In this document: piece by piece, positions 36,380 to 49,440 of the stretch
Layout: each line of letters opens with the position of its first letter
Position numbering within the stretch: position 1 is the first letter of the stretch
DNA from: Camelus dromedarius
Taxonomy: Eukaryota
Direction of reading: 5' to 3'
DNA length: 64,000 nucleotides
NCBI RefSeq assembly: GCF_036321535.1
Contig: NC_087437.1
Location: 48,238,001 to 48,302,000 of the forward strand
Made by a program: the position numbers and the translations under genes
The notes under the pieces: model-generated
The model's database searches: none
The model's input: only the letters and a program-made list of their open reading frames with translations
Told to the model about the DNA's origin: nothing

Positions 36380-38210
36380 TTCCTGGAGAAAAATCATGTA
36401 TGTAGAGAAATCATTTTTATCACCACCCAGAAACAAACTGACTATGGTTTGTTTGAAATTTCTTACATTTCATAGAAATGGGATCATTCTAAAAATATTT
36501 TTCTGCATTTTTTAACATAGTAATGTATCTATGAGATTTCCATGACTGTACATAGACATATATCTAACTTATCATTTTTAACTGTTACATAGTATTCCAT
36601 GGTATGAACAACTGATAATTTAAGAATTTCTCTTTGATGATAATGTTTGGTTTTTAAAAGTTTATTGTTACAATAATATTGTAGTAAGCATCTTTTTACA
36701 TATATCAAACAAATGCCCAGAAATAATTGTTGGGTCATAAGATATGCAAATTTTAAATACTGATCAAATCTAAATATTGCCCTTCAAAAATTCCATATCA
36801 ATTTATATTTCCTGCCTAGTGATGAGGAACTTGCCAACTCAGGATATCATTTATCTTTAAAATTTTTACTGTTATAATAGATAAAAATTATTCCCTTAAT
36901 AGTTTTAAATGCATTTCCTTGGTTTTTTTGAAAGATAACTCTCTTCATGTTAATCATCTGCATTACTTCTGTGAATTCTTTGTTCAAATTTTTCCTATCT
37001 TTGATTTGATTTGCTTTTCTTTTCTTTTTAATTGGTAGGTGTTCTTTATATAATTTATATAATATTCATTTTCTGTCATCATCTTTTTACTTTTTTTGAG
37101 TTGGGTCCTTTTATTAGTAGATATCTTAAAATAATATTATGCACATATTAAAAGGACTGTCTATATGAAAAATACTGAGACATTTCCTATTGTTTTTATA
37201 TTTTCCTAGTCTCAACATCTTTTGTCAAAAAGCAAGTTTTATAAGTTTAAGTGTAAAAGGAAAAAATTAAATGAGATGCTGAATGGCTCATCACTGATGT
37301 CTTTGGGTTAATAACACTTCTGGTGGTTTCTGGAAGGTGAAGTTCAGGCAAATTTTAATTCTAATCCATTAACTACTATCTATGAAACACCTCCCATATA
37401 ATGTACTGTGTTAATAGCAATAATATCGCAGGCCTTTTTTAATGGCCATTTTACTTTTTTATGGTGCCTTTGTAGTATGAGTTTAAAATCTTTGGATAGT
37501 CAAATTTATTGATGTTTTCCTTCACAGCTTCTGGATTTGGTATCTTATTTCTAAAATGTGTTTTATCTTTTGCTAATATTTTATAGTTTGTTGTGTTTAA
37601 AACTTAATCAATATGGAATTACTTTTGGATATGTTCTTCTGTTTTGAGATGTGTGTTCTGAATTATCTATTCAGGTCATTTGTTCATTTTCTATTTGCTT
37701 TATTTGCTTTCTCTTATTGTTTAGAAGGAATTCTTTGTATATTATACATCAAATTCCTTTTCTATTATCTTTTAATTTTATTTATTGTGTCTTTATGGTT
37801 CAAACTTTAAAATAGTTCCTGTTTTCTTACTGCATTTTTGTTTTAGTTTGTTATATTTTATATTTTAATACATAAGGAATTTTTTATTGTGGTAAAATAT
37901 GCATAAAAGTTACCATTTTAACATTATTCACATGTACACTTCAGTGGCATTACATACATTCACATTGTGCAATCATCACTACCATCAATCTCCAGAACTT
38001 TTTCTTCTTCTTCCCAAACTGAAACCCTAAACCCATTAAATAATAACTGTCCATCACCTTCTTCTTCCAGACCCTGGAAACAACCATTCTACTTTCTTTA
38101 TTAATTTGACTGCTCTGGTACCTCTTATCAGTGGAATCATACAATATTTGTTCTTTTGTGTCTTGCTTACTTCAGTTTTGACTAAGCTGTATAAACATGA
38201 GTGTACAAAT
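36380..38210 (-). mobile_element. Old L1 fragments (L1ME-like), with an L1MB-like 3' end at ~37875-38210
   Basis: T-rich reverse L1 3'UTR motifs (atagtattccatggtatg; ttttattgtggtaaaatatgcataaaagttaccatttt). Confidence 0.75.
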
Positions 38211-38584
38211 AACTGCTCGAGTAGGAATATTTAAGCCCATAAATTCAAAAACTTAGATGAAATGGACCAATTTCTTGAAAGACACATCACCAAGCAGTGG
38301 TATTTTAATTTCTTTGGAAACTGAGAAAGTCTATTTCAAAAAAGAAATCTATCTCCCTGTATCAAAGTACCTAGCACAGTGCTTGCTTCACGGTGGATGC
38401 TTGATAAATTGTGGTTATTGTTATAATAATAATTACATTACGCATTTCAAGACTGAGTGAAAAAGGAATGATATACTAAATTAGATTTGGATATGCCTTG
38501 CTTAGAAAAGCTGCACTACTTAAATCCTCTTTGGGTCAAATTATGCATTTGCTGATCTTTCATTTTTTGAGTTCCTTAAAATGC

Positions 38585-39150
38585 TTAATGAATAAATCAG
38601 CATCATCACTGGGTGAGAAATTGAGTGTGTGATGCTAGGGACTAGGAACACATAGATGAAAAACGTGACATCCATCCCTGAGCAGCTCATAATCTAGCAA
38701 GACCTAATTGGGTATACGTAGTGAGATACGGATCCAACACATTTCCAAATAGACATAAAGTGATTTATCTGGAAGAGAGACAACCACCTAGCACAGTGAG
38801 GCTCATCTAGAGACGTTAGAGAAGTCTTCCTAGAGCTAACAGTTAAGCTATGCTCTGAAGGGTTTATACTTTAAGTGAATTCACTTTATAGGAACATAGG
38901 CAGAGAAATGAGCAGAAGGAAGAGTGGGCTGGATATTCCAGGAAATGGCTTGAGCAAAGGTCTACAGGAATGAAATGTTTCTGAGAAATGTCAAACAGTC
39001 CAGAAGGTTAGAATATAGAGTATGGAGGGAGGAGCTGGAGAAGACAGATACTGGAAGGGAAGGTGAGACTAGAGGTGAAGAACTGGTTTCTTAAGGGGTT
39101 GCTAGTGACCGAGTTTGAGACTTTATTAATATTATGAAAGGACTATTATG
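38585..39150 (-). mobile_element. LINE-2 fragment
   Basis: ccctgagcagctcataatctag...gaagtcttcctagag...attccagg...gagcaaagg. Confidence 0.55.
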
Positions 39151-39372
39151 TGGTGTTGGTGGAAGGAAGAACATTCTTCAGTATGTCTTCAGACCCTATA
39201 TAAGCAATACTATATTTGTCATCACATAAACATACCCTTGATTCCATTAACTACACATTTATTTTGAATTATGCTATTATAGTATTTTTTATATGAAAGC
39301 TCCAGATTATTGAATCAGGAAATGTGCTCATACTTCATAATTCCACATCAAAGTTGTTCCACAATTACTTTT

Positions 39373-39667
39373 TTCCCCCCCAGAGTTTAGCACCTTTAAT
39401 TTGTCCCAAAGTTGCTGAAGCAAAAATCATGATAAAACATTCTGCTTTCCTTTATACCCCTCCAACACAAAAAACAAACAAAAAACTTCATAGTAAAAAA
39501 CAGTTTTGTACATGGGAAAAAACAATCTAAATTCAAAACTTACAGATAAGGGTTAGCTCTATCACTCATCTCTTTAAAAAGTTTATATAAATATCCAGTC
39601 AAAACCAACAGGGTTATCTCCCTTGAAATGTTATCTATACAGATTTCCAAGTAGACCACAGGGCTGT
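39373..39667 (-). pseudogene. NCL: Processed pseudogene fragment of nucleolin: distal 3'UTR only
   Basis: Reverse complement ...CTGTGGTCTACTTGGAAATC...TTGGTTTTGACTGGATATTTATATAAACTTTTTAAAGAGATGAGTGATAGAGCTAACCCTTATCTGTAAGTTTTGAATTT...GAAAGCAGAATGTTTTATCATGATTTTTGCTTCAGC...GACAAATTAAA matches the remembered NCL 3'UTR. ATTAAA at 39395-39400. 13-bp TSD cacaa(t/c)tactttt at 39360-39372 and 39668-39680. Confidence 0.88.
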
Positions 39668-40342
39668 CACAACTACTTTTGATAGGAGTTAAATCTGTTA
39701 TCTCAATTTATGAAGATCATCAGGAGCTAAATTGCAAATCAAATTACGGTTAGAAACCATGCGGCAGTTTAAGGTTTATAATCTACAGGAATGTGACTGA
39801 GAATTAAAGAAGGGAGGAATAGAGAGGCCCAGAGTGAAGATCACACACGAGAGAAACCACTGAAGAAAGACAACCTCACAGAGGAAAGTAAAATTGATCT
39901 TGGAGAATTCAGGGAAGTTGCTGAAATACAGTCAATTTAAGTATTCTAAAGCTAAACCCCTTGCAGAAAATCCTACTTCTATGCCTGTAGAGTATTTATT
40001 ATTATTTCCTATAGCCAATTAAAAAAAGTATCTTCCATAATATATGCAATGAATTTAGTTTATCTGGGAGGCTGAAGGTTACTCTGTAGTGATGCCTCTC
40101 AGGAACATTACCATTTCTTCTCCCTAAGCTCATGATCCACCCCTTGAAACATCAAATCTAGATAATATTTCATTAAGATTAAATAATATTGAGAGCATAA
40201 AATGGATAATTGAAGCATTGTACTGGATAATAAGTCACTACATCCACAGATATTTATTGAATACCTATGATGCTCCACAGACACTGTTTTGAATGCGTGG
40301 AATACATCTGTGAGAAAAACCTTCCTGCCTTCATGAAGCTTA

Positions 40343-40879
40343 TGTCAGAGAGGAAAAACTTTCCGCCTGCTCTCTTACGTACATTGAATGGGGGGCCTGT
40401 AAATTATACTAACAAAAGGCAGGTTAACAGGGAAAAAAAGCATACAATTTTTATTAATCTTTATATGCATAGGAGTTCCCAGAAAAGATGTAAAACTCAG
40501 AGAAGCAGTTAGACTCAGGGCTTATATACCCTTTTAACAAAAGAAAGAGAGTTTGGGCTTCCAGAGAAAATAAATAGAGGGCAAGTGACTGAGAAACATA
40601 TGAAAGAACTAATGGAAGATAAGGACTATTTTATTAAGGTCTGTTTATGCAAACTCATTATGGTGTTAACTCCCCATCATAGAAGACAAGAGCATCTCTC
40701 CTCTCCCTAGTATGGGAGATGGGCACCTTCCTCAAAGGCAAATGTATACCCTGCTTTCAGGCAGATAAGAAGAGAGAAGAGAACTCCTTCCATATCTGTT
40801 GATTCTCAATTGCCTTCAGCTCAAAATAATCCGTATGTCAAAGAGGCATATTTGAGGGTGGCATATTCTGATTCCCTTG
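40343..40879 (-). mobile_element. ERV1 solo LTR (MER34-like) inserted in an L2
   Basis: Reverse complement starts ..agggaatcagaatatgccaccctcaaatatgcctctttgac..gattattttgagctgaaggcaattgagaa; TSD gctta splits the L2 motif catgaagctta|cac. Confidence 0.85.
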
Positions 40880-40964
40880 GCTTACACTGCAGAAAGATGA
40901 TTGTGCAATATGCTTATCTAAACATAAATGTTTGTCACCTTGGACTCAAAATTATCTTCTAATC

Positions 40965-41118
40965 CAAATTTTCTCAAATCTGAATATGCAAAGTATCACC
41001 TCGGGAACCTTGCCGATGCTGATGCAGTAAGTCTGAGGGGTGTCTGAAATTCAGTCTTTCAAATCTAGTAGGTGATGCCCATGCTGCTGGTCCATGGACC
41101 TCATTTGAACAGCAAGGT
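40965..41118. mobile_element. MER5-type DNA transposon
   Basis: ttctcaaatctgaatatgca...atcacct...aggtgatgcccatgctgctggtccatggacc...tttgaacagcaagg. Confidence 0.7.
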
Positions 41119-44100
41119 GACCCATGATTTGTCTAGCTTGTTTCCCATCCAGAAAACTAGTCAAGGAAGATTCTCTAAGAAAAAAAAACCAAAAAAACAA
41201 AAAAAAATGGTATTTTAAATCAAGTCAGTTTGAGAATGGCTGTGTAGTATGTTTTTCTCTGAAAGATTCATAACACATATTACCACATGAAAAACTTTGG
41301 GAATTTCTTCAGTGAAGAAATTGTTTAACTTTGTTTTCCCTATTTTGTTACAAAATGACACCAAAATTGTCCAAAAGGCGCTTGTTCAGGAGACACTTTA
41401 AAATTCCCACTCAAGGAATGTTTCATGTTTGCCACTAGCTGCTTTATACACTTTGCTTTTACCTGGCTGCTATTCAATAATTTTCTGTTTTGGAGTCAAA
41501 ATTATAAGCCTCAAAACTGGAATTATTTGTGTTAAAGTTAAAATAACTTATAGATCATAATGGCATTTGATGAGAAACCCTTGGAGAAAATAATCCTGTT
41601 GACAAAGAAAAAACAAACAAACAAACAAACACTTCTTCGACAATTCCAGAGCTCTGCTGTTTACTGCCTTTTGTAGTAAGATAAGTAAGAGAAGGATAAT
41701 GACTATTAATATTCCAGGAACCATAAAAGCACAATGAATTTAGAGATAGATGGAGCTTAGATGAATGTGGCAAATATTTTATATAATTTTAAAACAATTC
41801 ATTTTGTTTCTGGTTATCATGATCACAGTTTCTATTTTTTCCATATCCAAAGGAAGAAGAACAGGAATATCTCTGTGGTATTCAACTGTTTTAACTGCAA
41901 AGTTAAAAAAAAAATCTCTGAGGAAGAAACATTTAATTGTGAGGTTTATAATAACCATAAATCTTGCACAGTATATTGCTATAAGGAATCTTCTTTGTTC
42001 TCTTAAGCTATAGGTGAACTCCCTAGACTTGCGCTAATTTTAGTCAATCTCTGCAAATGAACTCTTCAAAAAGCTTTATGTAAATTAACCCATGACACTA
42101 TATTGTGTGGATTCTCTTGTTAAAGGCACTAGACTACAGCATACTTCCTTGCTGCAGGCCATGGGAATCAAGGGTACCTCTAACAAGATTCGGATCCCAA
42201 CACAAGCAGAAGCTATATCCTCTCACTCTTCCTATTACGCCACTTTGTGGATATCTGAGATTGGTCTGAGATTGTCCACAACCTGTAGTAGAAAGTGCAA
42301 ATGTAGTAATGTGACTCGGGTAGCAGCACCCACTTCACCTCCAGCCCTGAGGGGTAATGGACAGAGAAATTATAAACGCTGTTAAGTCTTCCTTTACACT
42401 ACAGAGACTAGAGAGGGTACGGCTGGCCTCAATGAAACAAAACGCTTTGCTTTTACAGCTTCAGTTTGTGTGTGACTCAGAGTGGTCATCATGATGGTTT
42501 TGTTGTCTGGCAGGATTCTGCAATATGTCTCATTCCTTATTTTCTTTAAAGTATCTATGCAACTCTGCATAATAATGTATATTGATCTCTCCCTTTGGGG
42601 CAGAACAATTTCTGCAGATTTTGTTGAATTTGGGAAAACTGTTTCTCTTCTTAAATGTAAACTTAAATTGTCCTACTTATGAAAATTATTAGTCCTTGAG
42701 GATCATGTGTGTATGTCTGCACTTTCGAGTGATTATTCTGGGTGAAAATTTTACCATGAAGAGCAGTACTACAGGTAGAATAAAGGGGCAGAGGGAACAT
42801 ATTGCACCAAATACTGGTGAGCAGATTTCAGAGACCAAATCCTAAGTTATCAACCCCATTCAGGATCCTTGTGCCAGGCCTAGAATGCCAAAGTTCACCT
42901 GGACTGTTTTTTCATCCTCCTCCCTCACATGCACACTCTGACCCACCCGCTGTGGAGTTCTTATAGACAGCGTTTCATAACCCTGGGTGCACACTGGAAA
43001 CACCTGAGCAATTTTTAAAAAACACCCTGCTGAGAGCCCCCTCTAGAGATCCTGAGTTAGGGGATGGGGAGGGAGTTTCAGTCCTATTTGAAATACTTTT
43101 TCTACTTAAGCTTGAGTGACAATAGCAGAAGTTCATCCCGAGAGAACAGCCAGTTACACATGATCCAAGAGCTGCTGAGACTGAGACGAAGGCTGGCTCA
43201 GGGGAGACAGGGGCCCAATCTCCTATCTCCTCCCATGCCCCAGAGAAAGCTGCCCTTGAAGACCCCTTGAAGATGGGGAGGAGTTGACACTGGGCAATAG
43301 TCTGAAGGTTTGAAAATTTTCATTCCCAGAAGCCTTTATTATTTTCTTTGTTCTTGATTAGAGATTTGATAGGAACATGAAGCAGAAGACTGTAAATAAC
43401 TGTTTGCTGTTGTTAGATCTTATCCAGAGAAAGCAAGAGCAAACTGCATCTGAACTGGCAGTAAACTGGTAGCTCTCAAGATCAAGAATGCTTTCCTTTA
43501 TTTTTCCAACTTCATCACTGATAACAGACAATGCACAAAGTAGGTGATCAATAATATGGATTCTCTTTTTTGTTTTAAAAAATTTTTTTTACTTTTTAAA
43601 CAATTTGAAGGCTTTTAGACCTATATAAAGGAGCAAAAGCTATCTATTTTTCCCTTAACTGTCTTATGTAAATGAGTTATCCAGAAATAGTAGTTTAATT
43701 TTGGTGGTGTTTTTTTTTTTTTCCTTTGGGGTTTCTATAGGGTGTTTTGTTACTTTTGGGTTCCTGTAATTGTGTACTGTAATGACACAATTAAATTCAA
43801 ATGGGGCTGGCACAAAGGTGTTTTTGCTCCATAAAAAGACTATTCTTGAAGTCCATTTACTGAAACTGATATACCATTAAAAAAAAATCACTTACTTGAT
43901 GAATAATGTGGCTAAGTAAAGTCTTTCAACCCAGTAAAATAAGGAAGAATCAACAAAAAAAACTCTTATATTTTCAGTACTTTTTTGCCTGGCTTTTCAT
44001 ATATAAAAGACTTTCTTCCAAAAGGAAAAATCTTACACAGTGCAAGTCAAATATGTGCAAATTACTGTGCCTTTTACCAACTGTTATTTCTAAAGATAAT

Positions 44101-45029
44101 CTCTCAAAAAGTCACTTTAAACTAATGAAAAAAGATAATTATCTTGAAAGTGTCCTATTCAGTACTCATCTTTTAGTCCTGGAAAACATGAAATAGGGTT
44201 TCCTCCCTCCTCTCACCTAAGTCCCCTTTTCCAGTTGGCATAAACATTAGCAGAACTTGTCATTATAAGAAACAAATATTCTAACTATGATACTGTGATG
44301 CAGACTTGGGTTCTGAATTAAATCACCAGGTCTTAAGATATCACTTAACAGAAATGGGCTATCTTTGTAAAGGCAATTTCTGTGAATCTATAAGTAGGAA
44401 TTTCTCTGAACTAAGTAGAACATCTTCAGCTTACCATACGGGTGAATGGGTCCAAATAAACATTAAGTTGTGTAACAAAAAGTGTTCTTAGAGGGTCTAT
44501 TGCAGTCTATTATTAAATGTACATTCTACAGTTGATTTTACTCCATGGAAAAGGGCATGTAGATACTTTCCATAAAATATTTCCTAAAAGTACAAATATT
44601 CAGAGACTGTACTGGAGAAATTAAGGAAGTCACAATGGTTACTCCATCACGTTAGCCATCAGGATTCATTAGATATTTGCTAGGTTTTATTGGTTGAGGA
44701 ACCATAATTTTTGATTTGCTTCTTTATTTCACTTTATCACTTAGTTAATTTATCATTAACTCCATATTTGGCAACTCAGCTTTTGCCTGATACAGTATTT
44801 CCAAAGGGGTAGTTTTACTTCTTCCAATATTTCCACTTAGAAGACTTGAGATAGAAATTGCACCAAATATAGGCACCTTAGTGCTTTAACCTTATTTCTC
44901 ATTGGTTTACAGTTATTTTACTCATATTTTTTAAAGGCAGAAGTAGATGATAATTCCCAAAACTCATTTTAAAAAGAGAATATTTTAGATGCAACTGTGG
45001 GTGCTAAGTTTTAAGTATTTCACCAACTA

Positions 45030-45870
45030 ATCAGTATCAGGAAGGACCCAAGTGCCTTCTGTCTTTCCACTCTGACATCTTTAATATGTAGCTATTTGTT
45101 TGTTCATTTGTTTTTTTGGTCTCACAATCTCAAAAGTTTTCTTAGATCTTCAAGTCTTGTGTCCAGGCAGAAAGAAGGCACAACATAGAAGAAAAAAAGA
45201 TGCTTTCTTCTAGTGTTCCAATTATCTATTACTACATAACAAACTACCCCCAAATTTAATGGATTTAACAAGCAAATTAAAAATATTATACACCATGATT
45301 CCGTGTGGCAGGGAACTGAAATTACTGGTGGTTATCCAAGCATCTCTCTTTTGCTTTTGATACAGCTTCTCCACATGGCTAGTGTGGACTTCCTCATCTC
45401 ATGGTTCCCTCAGGATAATCAGGGAAAGGAAGGAAGGAAGAGGAAATGCTGGGTGTCATAAAGTCTAAGAAGCCTGCAGGTGACATAGCATCACTATTAC
45501 CACACTATGCTGGTGGAAGCAGTCACAAGCTAGCCCAGATTCAAGGGAAGTACCTACAGACACCCCTCTACCTCCACTCTCAATTGGAGTGTCAAAGAAT
45601 TTACCTTCATCTTTATCACAGTCTACACTCTTCTCAAATTATGTATACTTCCTCCACGTGCAAAAATACACTTGCCTCTCCCAAGATCCAAAAAAGTCTC
45701 ATTCCACTATGACATTAGGCTCAGGCTCAATGTCTAGGATCTCATAACCTATATCAGATCTAGGTAGAGATAAGGCTTTTAAGGTGTGGTTCTTTGATTC
45801 CAGCTCCTTGAGTACAATTCCTCTCAAGCTGAAGAGCTATGAACTAAAGAGATGAGTTAACACCCCCCAT
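45030..45870. mobile_element. Nested MLT1 (MaLR) LTR remnants
   Basis: ctattactacataacaaactacccccaaatttaatgg...cttctccacatggctagtgtggacttcctca...gcagtcacaagctagcccagattcaaggg. Confidence 0.65.
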
Positions 45871-47659
45871 ATTGCACTGACTGATACTTGGTCTCCAAGA
45901 TGTGGAAAATCTAGAAAGCAAGGAGAGACTGATGCTGGAGCACCAGAAGTTAAGCAGAGAAAACAGCCTGAAAAATAACTTATCTGTTCCCCTCCTTTGT
46001 CATTCATTCCAAGGAATCTTCATCTAGAGGCCTCTATATCCAGCTTTCATATTTTACATTTAATAAAAAACACTCTATTCCTTGAGATGAAAATTGAGTT
46101 TATTCACAGAAGCCACAAATGACAGACTTAACCAACAATCAAATTAGAAATGAAAATGTGTGTATTACTATAAATTTCTATGTGAAAATTTAAAATTCAA
46201 GGCCCTGAAACCAAGATTTTGATCACACGAAGATTGTAAGTTATGACGGTCAGGCATACCATCATACATGTCAGTTTATGCTGTTCCATTTAAGCCATTT
46301 CCATCACTGCGTAAGAATTTAGACTTCTATTGTACACCAGCTCTATTTACAAAGGCAACAGCCACATTTAATAAACTAACATTTTGTAGATGCTTACTTT
46401 TGGAGCAACCTCTTTGTAATGGGAAAATAAAGTTGTCGTAAGACATGGGCTAAGATTGTTTGGAAAATACCTGCACTGCTTCCTTATTTATTTGTCTTGT
46501 CTGTTCCTGTCTCCTCCTTTCCTCTTCTTTCTTTCCTTCCTTTCTTTTTGCCTCTCTCCCTCTCTTCTCCCTCTCTTCATTCTCTACTTTCTTAGCATAG
46601 TTTTCACTCTGCTTTTGAAACAGATAGTTCTTTCATAGCAAAACAAACAAACAAACAAACAAAAAAAACCCCAGAATAAAACACCCTCCTGTAGCTCTGA
46701 GAACTTGTGAGTATTACCATATCAAATGTCACAGACAAATGTCTAGAAAATGTTAAATTCCTGAAGGTAGTAAATATATCTGTCACTTTTCTTTTTTTAT
46801 TTCTTAATTGTAGTCAACCCATTTCAGTCATCTGTCCTTTGCTTTGCCATTAAAGAGGAAAATACTCTAAACTGTAAAAACAACCAATGTCCTCTTTATA
46901 GCAATTTAAAGTCAAAACAACTTATCCATATTCATTGACTACTGTGAGTGATAGTTTATGTATTGACATTTTAAAAATACTTTCAGGGTGAAATCAGTAT
47001 ACTTTATGGCCTCTATTTGTTTAAAAGTTTTATAATATCCTGAAGTGACAGAGTTTTATGAATAAAAGACCATCTGGCTCCCCAGAGTATGTGAATTTTT
47101 TTCAGTCTCTTTGAATGGAGCTTTATTTTCAGAAACAAGCTACATTTAAAACATGGGTTTGTGATGAATAAACCAGTGAGGCCTTGTAAAGTGCCAATTT
47201 TGTCCTTTCAAGGGGGCCTTTCTTTATCTCTTATTTCTATCTCTTCATCCTTCTATGTCCACAAGAAATGGAAATTATTTTAGGTCTCTATTACTTGCCT
47301 TCTCTTTGTCTTGAGTTTTTATCCAGAGGAGTCTGGGACTGAATCACAGTGAACCAATGTAACTAGTACCATTGAATACGGAGGCCCTCCATGTTAAGTG
47401 GGGGAAGATAACATAAGATCCCCCCACCCCACAGACTCCCATGTAAATAATCCAGTTAATAGTGAAGACCAGAGACACACCTGTAGCAGTTCTGGAAATA
47501 AGGAATGGTGTCATTCACATTCTAGAAACATCCACAATATTCTATAAATAGAATGCAGGTACTACAGGACTGATTAGAAAGAGAAGGTTGACTCGTAACT
47601 TTTCTCTAAGAGATATGAATTGTGCTAGGAAATTAAGCCGTGTGTGTACTATTTAAGCA

Positions 47660-49440
47660 GGCAGGAAGAATTCAGCTAAAATTTTAACATACTGCTAAAA
47701 GCCAATTGTGGGCTTTTGTGAGACTATAAAAGCCTTGAAAACCACAGGTATAAGTGGATTTTATACCAGCTCACAGGATCTTCTCACATGTGTCCGTGGG
47801 GTACTTATGAGAAAGACTAAGAAGGAGACCAAAGAAAGCTTCTGTTGGTAACGCAGACCTGGAGAGAGGGAGTGGCCTCCCTGTGGGGAAAGTACAAACT
47901 GTTTGGGTCCTATATGCCCAAAGAAGAAAAGCCTTAAGTCTCTCATGGAAGGGAAGCAAACCTTATTGTCTCTAGGACACAGGTGACAATTTATTGCACC
48001 TGGGGAAAGGGTAAAAGCTAAAAAAAGAAAGCCCTCTATCTTGGGTAGTAGTAGGGGGAAATTTTCCTTGGCCGCAACCATTAGAGTTATTCTACTGTCA
48101 GGGAGGGAGCAGGAATCTCACTATTATACAAGACCTCCTGAAGATAAAAGGCAGACCTTGGCTGCCACTGGGGAGAAGGGACGAGACCTCTGGAGAAGCC
48201 ACAGCTAACAAACCTAGGAATGCAAAGCCTGCTTAAGACACGCCAAACTGAGACAGAAGATAACATTCCTTCTCCTAAGCATAAGGTAGACAAGAACCAA
48301 GTACTAAGAAACAGCTGTCTACCATTGGGGATATGGCAAGGACTTACAGAGAGGCTCCCTCTAAGGCCCGGGTACACAGCAAAGGTCAAAATGTAAGAGC
48401 AGAGCAGAATTATTAAGAAAAACTCATCTGCATGCTAGCCCCCAACCTAAGCACTCGGTAATGCTAGGGGAATTTTTAATTGGTAAGGCATGGAAGTTAA
48501 CAGTAGCAACAAGAAACCCTCCAGACCAACTCTTGACTCAACCACTCATAGTAATCATTTAGCGGCAAAAGAAACATACATATCATATGCCTTTCAAGGC
48601 ATAAATAATATTTATCTTAGCTTCTACTCTCATACAAATAATAAAAATCATGTCACACAAAAAAGCAAGATAAAAATAAAAACAGTGTCAAGATAGAAGA
48701 CAATCTACCAATTCAGACATAGAAATGACCCAGATGTTGAAATTATTAGATAGGGATTATAAAATATGATAATATGTTAAAGGCTCTAGTGTAAAAAGTA
48801 GACCACATTCATGAACAGACGGGAAATTTCAGCAGAGAAACAGGAACAAGAAGAGTCAAATGGACATGGTGGAAATAAAAATTCAGTCATAGAGATGAGG
48901 AATTCCTTTGACAGGTAGACTCAACTAAGCAAAAAGAAAAAAAAATCAGTGTACTTGAAGATAGGAGAATGAAAATTATCATGTAAAAATTCTTAAGACA
49001 ACACAGCGTCAAATGCTGTGGGTCAGCACCAAAAGCTCTACTATACATGCAATTTAATTTCATAAGGAGAAGAGAGGAAGAAATATTCAGAGACAAAAGT
49101 TAAATATCTCCTCTCCCCAAATAATGAAAGATCCACAGAGCCAATAACTCAGAGAAATCCAAGCAGGATTAATACAAAAGAAACAAAACACATACACCTA
49201 CATATGTCTATACATATGCTTAAACTGTTAAAATCAAAGATAAAGAGAAAATCTTTAAGGTAACCAAAGGGAAAAAAAAAAAGAACACCACATTACATGT
49301 AGCAGAACAAAGATAAGAATTAGAGCCGACTTCTCATTAGAAACTCTCTAAGCTAGATACAACGGGGTAACATCTTTAAAATGCTGAAAGAACAAAAACT
49401 GTCAACCCAGAATTCCATATCCAGTAGAATATTTTTCAAT
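47660..49440 (+). mobile_element. LINE-1 5'UTR and ORF1 remnant
   Basis: ORF1 motifs (aaatcaaagataaagagaaaatctt, agccgacttctcattagaaac, ctgtcaacccagaattccatatccag). Confidence 0.8.

Noticed and set aside
39570..39595. TATA-like TTTATATAAA with nearby GATA sites and a GTAAGT donor, suggesting a promoter or first exon
   Set aside because: All of these lie inside the NCL 3'UTR retrocopy.
43064..43270. ORF with a protein-like stretch (QELLRLRRRLAQ)
   Set aside because: Its 5' part overlaps a MER5-like remnant, and I found no recognisable family or partner exon.
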